Source of the DNA: Podospora anserina
Taxonomy: Eukaryota
Assembly (NCBI GenBank): GCA_017654855.1
Contig: CM030332.1
Span: 1,302,001-1,366,000, forward strand
Direction of reading: 5' to 3'
Length of the DNA stretch: 64,000 bases
Made by a program: the position numbers and the translations under genes. Positions 36,450 through 49,472 of this stretch are shown in pieces; within the stretch, counting starts at the first letter, position 1, and each line of letters starts with the position of its first letter. The notes under the pieces were generated by a model. It did not search any database. It was not told where the DNA came from and was given only the letters and a program-made list of their open reading frames with translations.

Positions 36450-38358
36450 ATGTTTTCGGTCGAAAATCCTGGTGATGCCAAGTTCTTAGACTTGATATTG
36501 GTTGGGTCTAGAGGGAAGACTGGTAAAAATGAGGGATCATATGGGGCAAATACGAGACCCGGTATGGTTTGGATAGGGTTGTAACGCATAACAGAAGACT
36601 GTGCTGTCAATAGAGAAAACCACTCAATCTGAGTCTCAAGAATGGTTCCCCGCGTCTATGCCTAGTTTTGTGTGACCATATGGCATAAGTCGAGTAAACA
36701 CAGCCCCAGGGTAAGATCTGTGCATGCAAGGTGTGATCGTGTATAACCGTTGTTGCCCCAGATTCTGCCCAATGGAGCCGAGTACCAAAGGCCGTTCCAG
36801 AGTCAACGGCGTATCCGAGGAAGGATCTGGATTCATGATTTCGCTCCAAGTTTGAGACATCGTCGCAGGATGTCATGGTGACGGCAGGTTTCGTGGGTGC
36901 TGAAATAAGTGCAGCGGTCTGGCAGGCGTCATTGCGTCTCGCAGGGCTGCAGGTTGAACAGCAGCATCCAGAGCAGCGGGACCCTGCAGCTGTCGAAAAG
37001 TTCGGACGAATCCCGGGACAAATCGCTGTCGGCTGTGATCGCGTCACTCGGGGTTGACTCAACACTCTTCGTCATGTCCAAGACGACCGAGGCCAAGAGA
37101 GGGCTGGTGGTCAGCATTGTGCTCAATATCCCATCTATATGAGGATATTGTTTGGGCGCAGCGAATCGAAGTAGAAATTCTGGTGGGCTGAATGGGACAT
37201 GTCCGACGACGCGGTACTACTGCTCGCCAGAAGTCGACCGATGGCTAGCAGCGCCAATGCGCATGAGCGTTCTGTTTGGCCATGGTTTTCGGGCACGGCT
37301 GACGGCTGAAGGGTTGTCTCTTGTTCGTGTGGAAAAAGTGCAAAACCTGGATCACAAGTTGACGGCTGTTTTTGTGTCGTTGAAGAAAAGGGCCAAGGCA
37401 AGAAAAGATCATCGGCATTTCGTGAGCCGTAGTGTCAATAGAACGCCCGTGAATCCCCAAAATGGAAGCTGTTGTCGCTGGTTTAAACGTGCGCGCCAAA
37501 CCCTGATCCGCCAACGTCAACGAGAAGCTTATTCGCCATTTCCCCTGAAATCGACCACTAATGCCCCACATGCAAACAGGGTACAAGCCAGCCTGTTGGT
37601 TCTGCTCCAACGCCCTGTGGCTCCACCTCTTGTGAAGACTCACACGGCTGGCCATGCGATTCGCTGGAAATGGATGCCCCTGAGCTGGGGTTCTTCATTT
37701 TTTGCCGTGGCAACCTGACCCAGAGAATCAAGACTCCATTTCTGCCCGGTTTTCTTGCCATTCCAGCCGCTCATCGTGAGACCCTTTGTTTTGACGACGG
37801 TCCAAGTTCCAGCACGCCGAGATCTGGGCAGGGTGCCTCCCGGCAAATGGGATGAACGTGCAAAGCTTCCCGTGGTTCTAGAGGATCATGTGGATTCAGA
37901 GGCAGGCAGAAGCAAATTTGCCCGGTTTAAGCGGACCTGCAAAGGATTTGTGAGAGTTCTGGGTAGGTTTCATTTAGCAGAAAGGCGCAGCACCCCCAGG
38001 CCGCCCCCCCGCCAGTCAGCCGTCCACCCACTCCTGCACCACCACTGCACAATATCTCTCTCGGCACCGTCACATTGGAAGCCTTCTTCCTCTCTTCTCT
38101 TCTTTTTTCTCTTCTCATCCACACTTGCGCCTCTTTTGACACCTCTTGCGTGTGTGCTACCTCTTGGTTTGCTAGTCGCGGCCGTTCACTCTTTCACCCA
38201 CATATATTGTGTCCATCGCCAGCCTTCCGGCTCCTGTCGCTCTCTATCTCCACATTCTTTCCAGTCTCTCGTTCAGACACCCTTTTGCCTTTTCGCAGAT
38301 CATTACTTAGGATACCTTGTAATATCTTCATAAACGACCCTCACCACAGCCAGTCAAG

Positions 38359-39109
38359 ATGCGTTACTCCGTTGTCACTCTTCTCGGCCTCGCCAGCGCT
38401 GCCCTGGCCCAGTGGGATCCCACTGATGGTTTCAACGTCGTCTCCAAGCCTTCCTTTGACGAGGTCATCCCCGCTGGCAAGGCTTACGATATCGCGTGGG
38501 CCCCGACTGAGGAGTTCCCTGAGGCCATCACCATCAAGCTCTATGGCGGAAAGGCCCGTAACAGCCTAGACGTCGTGGCCACCATCGCCTGTATGTGATC
38601 CTTGCGCCGCCCACTGCTTGTCCCTTGCTGACCATTTTTACGTAGCTGGTGTCGATAGTGCTGAAGGCACTTACAGCTGGGACGTCCCCGCTGACTTGGG
38701 CTCTGCCGTTGTCTACGGTATCCGCATCGATTCGGAGACCAACAGCACCAGGTTCCAATGGGGCAACCCCTTCACCATCAAGGCGGGCAAGGCGACCCTC
38801 ACTACCAGTGCAAGCACTGCTTCTGCTACCGAGTCCAGCGTCACCAGCACCAAGGCTAGCTCAGCCACGTCCTCTGTTGAGACCAAGACCACCTTGACCA
38901 CCACCTTCTCCGCCAACACCTCCACCACCACCGCTCCCGCCGAGACCACCGTCACTTCCGTGATCGACGAGGAGGAGGTCACCACCACCACTGCCGCCGC
39001 TACTACTTCGTCCACTGCCATTCCTACAGGTGCCGGTGTTCGTGCCGTTGGTGGCGCCAGCTCTTTTGCCCTTCTCGGTGGTGTCGCCCTCGCCGTCCTT
39101 GCTTTCTAA
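38359..39109 (+). CDS. GPI-anchored Ser/Thr-rich cell-surface protein (Kre9/Knh1-like N-terminal domain); intron 38591-38645
   Basis: Signal peptide; P...E.IPAG..Y.I.W, I.I.L.GG, G.YSW.VP, YGIRI, FQWGNPFTI; S/T stalk; hydrophobic GPI signal. Confidence 0.9.
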
Positions 39110-40306
39110 GCGCACGGTCTAATTGCTGTTGCCGGAGTTTTTGCCAGTTTTTGGTTTTTGGTTGTTCATGTTCGTGTATCTAGTTGGCGAAAAAAACATA
39201 GGGGAGTTGAAGCATTGGATCTTATGGTAATGTTCCTAGCATCTGAGCGAGAATTCCTGGGAGGAAATGTGTCTTTGGCTTGTTCTCCATCGAGGCTTCT
39301 TCACAAAAATGGATACCCTTATTAATCGCTCACCTTCTCGCCCTCGCTTTTTTTGCACCTTGTGTTGCTTCCCCTCATTGCCTGCTCAAATCGTGTTCGG
39401 TGGGCCGTTTCGAGTTGCCATTTCGGATACCTGCGTGAGGCTTTCACCCGCGTTTCAGGTATCAAGGATATTCCCATCTATGATGGCTACCTGCTCCTGG
39501 GATCCTTGCTATTGACGGTGTTGCAGACAGCGTGGAAATTGGCATCTAATACCATGATATCGACCATAAAGGGATCTCGACGACATCGATTCGGCTCTGC
39601 TTCTCTCTGACATGGTGCGTGGCGGGTGCCGAGCTCCGTTGTTGTCACTGCAGGTGATGCATGGCGCTATCTGTAGCGCTTGCTCGCATCTGGATTGCAG
39701 GTGTCATCGGAGACTTGAGAACGGCCAGCAGAGACATGACAGCGCACGGTGAGGTCGAGGCAAGAGGCTCTGAGGCTCAACTCGGTCCCGTCTCTTGTTC
39801 AGAAGTCCGGGCCGTACCTGTCCGGTTCCTGCATGCTGATAGTCGACCTTATCTTGAAGTCAATTGATTGATACCGAAACAAGCACGGTCCAGGAACCAG
39901 GGGCCAGCATCGCGGGAGCGGTGAGACGGCGAGCTCTGAGGGGGACCGAAGTGCGGGGCAAGCACCTCAGTTCGAACCACTCTCTGAGGTTGCTGCGACC
40001 TCACGACAGACCAACCGTTTGCTGCGCACGAAAGTTCCCGATACCTTCCTCATCCAAAGAGAGCTGCGACAGCTCAGTCTAGACCCACTTGACTTTCCCC
40101 TTCTCAGGGGACCGGCTGCATCCCGCCAGCCCACAAATCTCCACGTTGGGGCAAGCGGCGAGAACTTCCTCTACCACTTCCGCAAAATTCACCACCTGCC
40201 GACCTCCTCTTCCTGGATTGTTATTCTCCGCCGCGCTGAGCGCTCCGAAATCTGTTTTTCCTATTCTGCCCTTCCAGCACCTTTTTTTCGTCGTCAATCC
40301 GTCAAG

Positions 40307-42235
40307 ATGAGAGGCGAGGTAAGAAAAACATGGACATTGTTGATTTTTGACTTTCTGGCCTGCATGATCTCGGCTCCGCGATTGCTTCAACCCGAGCGAC
40401 CTGAACCCTGCCGTCTGCTCCTGTTGCGATGCGATATCGCGAAAGCGACTCTGCCAAATATCTCGACCTGCGACCAATTCTGGTGTTTTTGTGTTGCCTG
40501 GGCTATTTTGCGTCTCTCTGAGCTTCGTCTGGCAGTGAAATAAACAACATGCGGTATCCTGGTCGGCTTGGTGGTCTCTTAGATAGCAACGCGAAACCGA
40601 AGCTGTATTTCGTTGCCCGCCAGCTATGCTTGCGACATAACCCAAGGGGCACTGATAAATGTACGCAGCGGTGATGTATAGCCATGCTGACAATGTCGCC
40701 TACAGGTTCTCCATCTTCATCTGGGTCAGGCTGGTGCCCAGCTGGGTAACAGTGCTTGGGAACTGCAAGTCCACACCGCCTTTGTATCCATCGCGATATC
40801 TCCAGCTAACATCGTCCCTCCAGGTACCTCCTTGAGCACGGCCTCGGACCTGATGGCCGCCCTGATCCCAATGCCACCATTGCTGAGGGTGGTTCCTTCG
40901 ACACCTTCTTCACCGAGACCAGCAACGGCAAATACGTCCCCAGGTCTCTCTTCGTCGATCTCGACCCTTCCCCCATTGATGAGATCCGTACCGGCAACTA
41001 CAGACAGCTCTTCCACCCCGAGACTTTGATCAGCGGCAAGGAAGATGCGGCCAACAACTATGCTCGTGGTCACTACACCATTGGCAAGGAGATGATCGAC
41101 CCTGTCATCGATCGTATCCGCCGTGTTGTTGGTAAGGATGGCCCTGTACCGCTTCTTGTCCAAGACGCATCCTTCTAATCCAGCATCATACAGACAACTG
41201 CAGCTCCCTCCAAGGTTTCTTGATCTTCCACTCATTCGGTGGTGGTACCGGCTCTGGCTTCGGTGCTCTCCTCTTGGAGCGCCTCTCGACCGACTATGCC
41301 AAGAAGTGCAAGCTCGAGTTCACCGTTTACCCGGCCCCCCGTGTTTCGACTGCTGTCGTCGAACCCTACAACGCTGTTCTTAGCACCCACAGCACCATCG
41401 AGAACTCTGACTGCACCTTCTTGGTTGATAACGAGGCTGTGTATGACATCTGCCGCCGGAATCTGGACATTCCCCGGCCGAGTTACGAGCACCTGAACCG
41501 CCTGATCGCTCAGGTTGTCTCTTCCATCACCTCTTCCCTCCGCTTCGACGGTGCCCTCAACGTCGATTTGAACGAGTTCCAAACCAACTTGGTTCCCTAC
41601 CCTCGTATTCACTACCCTCTTATCAGCTATGCTCCTGTCATTAGTGCTGCCAAGAGTGCTCATGAGAGCTTCAAGGTTTCTGACCTGACCTTCCAGTGTA
41701 AGTTTTGACCCTTTGATCTGCTCAGAAGAGCTTTTGCTGACATGGTTCTCTAGGCTTCGAGCCCAACAACCAGATGGTCGTCTGCGATCCCCGCAAGGGC
41801 AAGTACATGGCCGTCGCCCTCCTCTACCGCGGTGACGTTGTCCACCGCGACTGCTCCGCTGCCGTTGCCCAGCTCAAGGCCAAGTCCTCCTTCAACCTGG
41901 TCGAGTGGTGCCCCACCGGTTTCAAGATCGGCATCAACTACCAGAAGCCCGTCGCCGTCCCCACGGCCTCTCCCTCGGACGGCGGTCTCGCTTCCGTCGA
42001 CCGCTCCGTCTCCATGTTGTCCAACACCACGGCCATCGCTGAGGCTTGGTCCCGCCTGGACTACAAATTCGACTTGATGTACAGCAAGCGTGCCTTTGTG
42101 CACTGGTACGTTGGTGAGGGCATGGAGGAAGGCGAGTTCAGCGAGGCCCGTGAGGACTTGGCTGCGCTGGAGAAGGACTACGAGGAGGTTGCCCAGGACT
42201 CGGTTAATGACGAGGAGCTCGAGGCTGAGTACTAA
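40307..42235 (+). CDS. Alpha-tubulin (MRGE-type, tubB/alpha-2-like); introns 40319-40705, 40765-40823 (GC-AG), 41132-41193, 41698-41753
   Basis: [71 protein letters not shown]-terminal EY. Confidence 0.98.
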
Positions 42236-42904
42236 GCGAGGATGGCGACAGGAGGTAATGTGTTGCAAGTCGGTTTGTTTGGGAGCTGGCTGGATATGTT
42301 GTGTTCTGTCGAGATTTTATTTTTCTTTACTTGTGTTCGTGATGAGATATGGGACGTGATTATGAAATGGAAAGAGATGTTTATGCGAGTTGAATTGTTT
42401 TTACCCCCTGATGCCCTTTGGTGTTTTGTATTTTCTGAGGTGGGCAAAAAGAGACGAGATAATCCCCCCTTTTTAACAGACATAAAAGCAAGCAAGTAAC
42501 ATGGAATGTGGAAGCAAAGTAAGCTAAAGGTTCAAGGGTGATTTTCTGCGTCGGTTTATAGGCCATTGCCACTATTTGTTTGTCAGGTGTGCTCTCTGTG
42601 TAGGTATTTACCTCTCTAGAGTCTATGCATAGAAGGTTGAGCAGATGATATGGTAGTGGGGGGAGGGTGTTATAATTGAAGTCGAATGTTTAGGGACCCT
42701 CGGAGATCTTAGTGGTCAGGGAAGCTTAGTTCCGTATCTACTCGAATGTGGGTTGATGCTTCTTCTTGAGTACGATGTGCTGGGATATGTACTATGGGTG
42801 ATATCACTTTTCTATTTAAAATGATTGTGGTTAATGTAGAAGGATGGTGGAATAGGATATGGAGATGGTTTGAGTAATGGCTGAGAAAGTTGGTCTATCT
42901 TGAT

Positions 42905-43047
42905 GTTGTGAGAGATGGGTTGTGAGAGATGGGGTTGTGAGAGATGGGGTTGTGAGAGATGGGGTTGTGAGAGATGGGGTTGTGAGAGATGGGGTTGTGA
43001 GAGATGGGGTTGTGAGAGATGGGGTTGTGAGAGATGGGTTGTGAGAG
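42905..43047. repeat. Intergenic minisatellite, 15-bp unit GGGGTTGTGAGAGAT, about 10 copies
   Basis: TTGTGAGAGAT recurs at 42906, 42920, 42935, 42950, 42965, 42980, 42995, 43010, 43025 and (partial) 43039. Confidence 0.97.
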
Positions 43048-43525
43048 GGGGATTTGCAAGAACCAGAAAGAGTATTCCCGAGATAGATAATTGAAAATGA
43101 GTGGTGTAAGGGTTTGAACAACATTATCGTGATCATGGAGATGAGGCAACTGTGAATAAGCAAGGTGGGTTGTGAGTAAACTTGTACCATTTGAGGGATT
43201 ATGATATGGCGTGTACTGTATTTTAGCTCAACGGAAAGCCGTCAACACACTTTACTTATCACCAGGGTCCCGTTCAATAACTGACACTTTGACTGATTTA
43301 ATTGAGTGCATCTGCACCTCGAATGAGCTTTTTCTACAGCAAAAAAATTCCAGCCAATGCATGTAGGACCTGTGGGACCATGTCCGCTTCCGAGCTGCTA
43401 CTGCAAGGCATCAATCACCTCAGAACCTCAACCATGACATACCACCTCCGCCGACCGCCCTTCGTCTCTATCTTGGGCCACCACCCATTAACCTTCGCCT
43501 GTTAACTACGAAATTTGCCGCAGTT

Positions 43526-45444
43526 TTATTTCTTTGCGCCACCTTCCCTCCACTTGGCCGCTCTCGCAGCACCTCTGCCAGTCGGGCCACCTGGGCCCGT
43601 CTTCTTCTTGTACCCTCTCTTCTCACCATTTCTGGCACCCTTGAACTTCAGGTCTTTTGGCTTTCCGTCCTTGGCACTTGCGCGTTTACCCTCAAAGACA
43701 AAGTCTTCTGGTGGTCTAATGCCACTAGGTTGGCTTTGCGGAGCACCAGCTGACTCCCGACGAGGCCTGTCTTTCCTGTCCTTTTTCTTGTCCCCGCCAG
43801 TCAACTTGGCAGCACCGCCTCTACCAAGCAGCTTACCCGCTCTGCCAGCCAATGTCTTGTCTTCGGGTGTGATCTTGGGGACATAGCTGGAGCCCTTCCT
43901 GCCCTTGCGATCTCCCTTTGATGGGGGACCAGCCTTGCCGTGCTTCGCCTCCAAAGCCCTGGCCGTCTTGTGAAGAGCCTTGCATCTCGATACGCGGAGC
44001 TCGCGGGGGAGCATAGGGGGAAACTTCTTTCCTTCCAGCAGAATGGCCTTCTCGACGTCGTTTCCGTCATAGAACTGGACATAAGCAATGCCCTTGCCGA
44101 CACGGGTGACGTTGTCTCTGACAACCCGGACGCTTTCGACCTTGCCGGCCTCCTTGCCAAAGACGCGCCACAGCCCCTCCTCGACATCCATAGGCTGCTT
44201 GGTCCTCTTCTTCTTCGTAGTCGTTTGGTTACCCTCGTCATCAACCTTGACGTTCAGTACAGTCTCATCGTCAACGAAACCGAGGTTGCCAACAAAAACG
44301 CAGCGCTTATGGTCGACGGGGGCTGGATGGGCGACACTGTCCACTCTGAGATGGCGGTCCAACACCACAGTGCCATTCAACTTCTGTACTGCAAGACGAA
44401 CGGCCTCAGGGGTGCTGTAGACAGCATAGGCATTGGTGCACTTTGTTGTCGCCTCCATAACCTCCTTCTTGATGAACGCCGCACGCTTAGGGATAGCAGC
44501 AGTGGCAAAAGCTGTTGAGCGGAAGCGGATAGATTCCACCTTCTGGGGAGGGTCGGCTTTCGGATCCAAAATCGAGGCAAGGTGCTTTAAAAGAGTCTTC
44601 TTGGCTGTGCGCGAAGTGGTCGCCTCCAAGGAGACGTTGCTGAGGAATACGGTGCGGTTTGCCTTCTCAAGCTCTGAAGCTGCATCGTTGGCTGTCAGAG
44701 ATTCGTGCTTGGGGACCTCGGCGTCTGAGTCCAAGTCTGAGTCCTTGTCGCCGGTCTTCTCAGTCTTCTCAACGGCCGCAGCCTTCCCGTTCGCATCCTT
44801 GCGCCGTTTCCCAGATCGCTCCTCCTCATCATCCTCCTGAAGACGCTCAAAGTATTTGGCCTCAAGATCTTCGTCATCATTCCGTTGTTTCCGCTTTCTC
44901 TTACGTCCATCCTCCTCCTCGGCCTTACTTTTTGCTGCTGCTGATTCCAAAACCTCTGCGGCCTCGGCCTCGTCATCCACGCTCATGCTATCGCTGGCGT
45001 CATCTTCGTCTTCGTCATCTTCGTCGTTTTCGGAGTCGTTATCATCCTCTTCGCCAGACTCTTCGCTGGCTTCCATATCAACAAGATCTTCAAGGTCGGC
45101 ACCATCCTCTGGTTCCGAGAGTTCTTCGTCATCCTCATCCTCGTCCTCCTCGTCCTCATCTTCTTCGTCCGACTCTTCAGGGGCGTCATCTGACTTCGGG
45201 GGTGGCAATTCGGAATAGCGAGACTTCGGGGGCGCTTGAACTGGGCCAGCCTAGAATATGGTCAGCAACTGCTTCAACGAAGCGAAGGTATGTGATTGAC
45301 ACTAACACTGGTGGAAAACAAAGAGTCAAGGGCTGGGTCGACAGCCTTGGAAGGCGCTGAGAGAGATTTGCTGTAGATAACCAAGTTAGCAAACTTGACT
45401 CTTCAATTGCAGGTTCAATGGCCTGTTGCCCACCTTTTCGCCAT
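43526..45444 (-). CDS. NOP12: Nucleolar protein Nop12 (RRM-containing); introns 45433-45371 and 45306-45251
   Basis: Spliced [22 protein letters not shown]; acidic N-terminus; [61 protein letters not shown]. Confidence 0.93.
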
Positions 45445-46142
45445 GGTGTTGATGAGGTTGAGCTTCGAGCCCACAATGCGCAAGCGACAAAGATATCGAT
45501 GTTGTCGAGAAAATAAAGCGCAAAGGGTATTAGAAAGCTACAATGAGCTTCTTTCTCGAAGTAGCGAGCGAAAAAGTCTTGTTTCGGTGTTCAAGCAGCT
45601 TTCCTCCAAATTTTTGGGAGAAATCGACAAACGGCCTCTTGCTTGGACCCCCGGCGCAGAGCAAAAGTGGGGACCGCATCCAGGAAAATTCGCTTATCGG
45701 AGCTTATCGATACTGCCGCTCTACGCCGCCTCGTCATCCGCTGGAAATCGGGCAGGCGGGCAGGCAACGGAAGCAGCGGGCCCCATCCGCCCATTTGTGT
45801 TCCCTCCCAGTGCTTCTGGGTGCCGCATTCCCAGCTTCTGGTCAATAGCCACCACCGAGCACCACACATCTGCCCACACAGCACACCACCGCCTATATTT
45901 TGCAATCTGAACACAGATACCTGCGTGCCCGCTTGCCCTGTATTCTGCGGCACTCTTTTTATATCCACAGCTCGTTCCTCACCACCTCTACTCATCGCGC
46001 AACCCCGTTCTGGCATCGAGCTGCCCGCTCGTGAAGCCGCCAGTCAATTTTGCGCGGTCGTCTCCTTTCGGCCACCTACAACGCCGACCACCAACATCGC
46101 AACACCCCTCGGTTGCCTTTTATCAGAATCGCATGGTTTGCA

Positions 46143-48386
46143 ATGGCCACCGGTGACACCGTTTTGCCTTTGGCAGTGTCGAGCCCTCCTCCACACCTGC
46201 TGGACAACAGCCCCAGCAACCTCTCGAGTCCTTTGAGCGAGGTCGAGGACAAGTACGGCGATCATGACGAGCCGGATCTTGAAATGAAAGATGACGAAAG
46301 CAATGCACAGAGCACACCCAAAAGAAACGGAGCTCATGGCGTACCGGAATCCGATCTCGCTTCAGAGCCAGACGAGGACAGCAAACTGTCCGAGGTGGAC
46401 GTCAATGACTCCGAAGCAGAAACCGAAAGATTATTCGATACACCTCCCAAGAACGGCGCGACACGCGACATTGTGAACGCCGCCGATGGTGCGGGAACCC
46501 GACGATTCACCGATCGGCGCGAGCGGGTCTTTGAGCGAAGCCCCAGCAAGCTCCAACAGCAGCTCCAAGCCGACATAGACGCTGAAGATACTCCCACCGC
46601 GAACAATAGTTCCGAGGATGAGGAGGCAGCAGATGACGGCGACGTGTCAATGGCATCGAGTGATCGCGAGGACGAGCCCACAAAGAGACCATCACGACAG
46701 CTGCCACCACGGTCGCCTACACAAGCCAAAAAGAACCAAATAATCACATTTACCAAACAACCGGTATCACAAGCCAACAGCGATGATTCGAGCGAGTCTA
46801 AGAAACGAAAGCGATCCTCGGTTGTCGAGCTACCAGAAGCCGAGCAGCCTCCCAAGAAGCGAGCTGCCTCGATTGACCCCGCCGACCGCGAGTTCTCCGC
46901 CGGTGACGTCCCGATGGTTGACGATGATGTGCTATCGACGGCTCCGCAAAGCGGGGAACATACCGCCGAGGAGGATAACATTGAGGAACCGGTCGTCCCC
47001 GAGGAGGTCAAAAACACACCCGTGGAGTCTGTTGAAGAGGCCGTTGCGACGTCAACTAGAGGCAAAAAAGGGAAACGCAGTCCCGTGAAACGACGAAAGA
47101 GCAAAAGTCCTGAAGCTGGCACACCTTTGGAAGCTCCAGATGAGCCACCCGAAGATGCCGACGTTCCCAGTGGTGTGCCGACGCCTCAGCCAGAGGATCG
47201 CACGGCCGACGAAATCGACGAAGAGGCCGAGGCAGCACACAGAAACGAAGAAGAGTGTAAGCACTCTGCACACTGGTTATGATAGGTTGACGAAACTAAT
47301 GTTTGGCCGCAGTGGAGCGCAAAAAGGCAGCCTGGGAAGAGCTTGCCGCCATTGAGAAGCAATTCTCCAACTTTCGAGAGCGGTACGGTTTTCAAGGTCT
47401 CAATTGGATGGTGCTGTTTCTAACTTGTGACAGTCTATACCAGGAACGCTTAGACCAGCTTAACCGCGAGGAAGAGATGCTGCTGAGTGACACTCCTACA
47501 CATCACGAACTCCTCGCAATGCTACAATGTCTCGAAGAGCGCCGAGCGGAAACAATACGGAAGAGCAACCTCGAATTGCAGTTCAAAATGTCTGTACTCA
47601 ACCATCGAGCGGTCGCAGAGCGGGCACAAATCATGTCGCAGTTCTATCAGTCTGTGCGGGCCGAAAGAGAAAAGACAATTGAGGGTCTTGGCCAAGACTG
47701 GTACGACATTCAACAAGAAAGAAGACGGTTGACAAGTGTCATTCCGGAATACGGCCTGGGGTTCCCAGCAACAAAGGCCCAGGCCGTCAGACAAGCCGTG
47801 TCTTACACAAGAGAGGTGTCGATACTTTCTGGGTTTGCGAAACATGTCGGCTTTCCAGCTGCGCCCACGATATCAGGGGTTACAGAAGAACAGCTGGAGG
47901 ACGATCTGGAAGCTATTGCAGTGAGTATGAGTAGGGTCTAGGATTATTGGAGGGCGGCTCAAACTGACGCATCTTTTCTAGAGCGCTCGTGAGCCGGTAC
48001 CTAGACCGATCGCCATCCCTCCTCCGACATTCCCTCAGGACCTGACGGCAGGATTTGGGCCTTCGCTTGGCCTTGCAGGAGAGCAGTTTATTGAGCAAAC
48101 ACCTTGGCTCAACCCTCGGCACCCAGCACATCGACAACAGCAACCGCACCGACGAGAACAAAACCTACAGCACGTTTTTGCACCCGGGCCAGTGCAAGGA
48201 TCAACACCCAAAAGCCACTCGCAACAGCCCGGTGGTCTCTTTTCTTCTAGTACCTCGATGATACCGAACGGTGACTCGCCAGTACAGCTGCACAAAAACC
48301 ACTCAGCAAGCACTGTCGAAGCCATCAAAAGGACAAAACTCGGCCCTGAGCCATTCCGGCGCGACCCAGCGATACAGGCGTCCTAA
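46143..48386 (+). CDS. DEP1: Dep1/Sds3-like subunit of the Rpd3L histone deacetylase complex; introns 47257-47312, 47383-47433, 47921-47981
   Basis: SSPLSEV and NDSEAETERL..TP in an acidic N-terminus; Sds3-like coiled coil L..IEKQF..FRERLYQERL..L..E; EVSILSGFAKHVGFPAAP.I. Confidence 0.85.
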
Positions 48387-49093
48387 TCTTTTCTATGTTT
48401 TTTTTTATACCGGTCTTGCTTTTTTCCTCTCAAAGATTAGCGGATGTAGGGACCAGGCGGAGTTTTTGATTGGAATTATCTTGGGCATATAATGCAGGGT
48501 TGTATGAAGTTTTGACATATGGGGCATGCTTTGATGTGCGGCGTTGAAAGGCAGAGGGGTTTTGGAAGAGGGTGGTTGACCATTGAGGGTGGTAACATAC
48601 GCCACCTGCATGATATAGCGAGGAGAAATCAGGGGTAGCTGCTCGCGTGTCATGTTACTAGAGGAGGGATGTTGTATGATTTGAAAAGCTCTGTTGTCAC
48701 ACTTTTCTTGGTGCTAGCTCGCATCCAGCGGGCAGAGTTGGGTTACGACCAGCCTGCTATGCTGGCCTACTTTACTCTGTATGCACTATTTTTGGCAGAT
48801 ACCAGGCGTCTTGGGAAGATTATACCAATGAGTTTCGGCACATGGTGTGCGAGGGGGTATATATGTTGGAACGTATAGGAGAGCGGTCGTGGTGTAATGC
48901 AAGTATGATGTCTTCTCCTTTCCAAAAAATAAATATGTTGTGGTATTGATTTGCCCAAAACGCCATCTTGATATTGCCCAACTTTCTTTCCCGCAGGAGT
49001 CTCCCTATGATATACTCATACACTATGCACCATCCCCAAGTAGCAGCGTACCTAGCTGCGTCTCCTACCCCATGCTTTGCTGTTCTCGTCTGT

Positions 49094-49472
49094 TCATTTC
49101 TTCGCAGGTTGCACAGGCACATCAGGTACCTTGACGTCTTCGAAATCGTCTTGGCCGACCGCCATGAGGGTATATGTGTCTGTGAGGATTGAGGTGTCCT
49201 TGTTAGCACCTTCCGCTGGACCGAGGAATAACTCATGGAAGGGTAACATTGGTTCGTACAGATACTAGCAGTGATTCCCACCAGGGCGAGACCGGTAAGG
49301 GCGTTCTTGAAGAGGTAGGGCCGGCGGGCGCGGACAAGAGCTGGCGATTGGGCCAGCTTCTTGTCGTAGTATGAGTTATGCCTAAGTCTGGAGTGTTGCA
49401 AGAAACATGTTAGCCACCTTACCTAGAGAACCAAGTACAAGGAGGAATTGTGAGCAATCTGTACCCTGACAT
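49094..49472 (-). CDS. COA3: Cytochrome c oxidase assembly factor Coa3; introns 49464-49388 and 49259-49180
   Basis: Spliced MSGLRHNSYYD....SPALVRARRPYLFKNALTGLAL..I|YTYTLMAVGQDDFEDVKVPD. Confidence 0.88.

Noticed and set aside
42831-43190. ORFs encoding (TTPSL)n and (SHNPI)n
   Set aside because: By-products of the stop-free 15-bp minisatellite.
49388-49464. Internal AG|GTAAGG in COA3 intron 1 suggesting recursive or twin-intron splicing
   Set aside because: The two pieces would be only 42 and 35 nt with branch sites too close to the donors; a single 77-nt intron is simpler.
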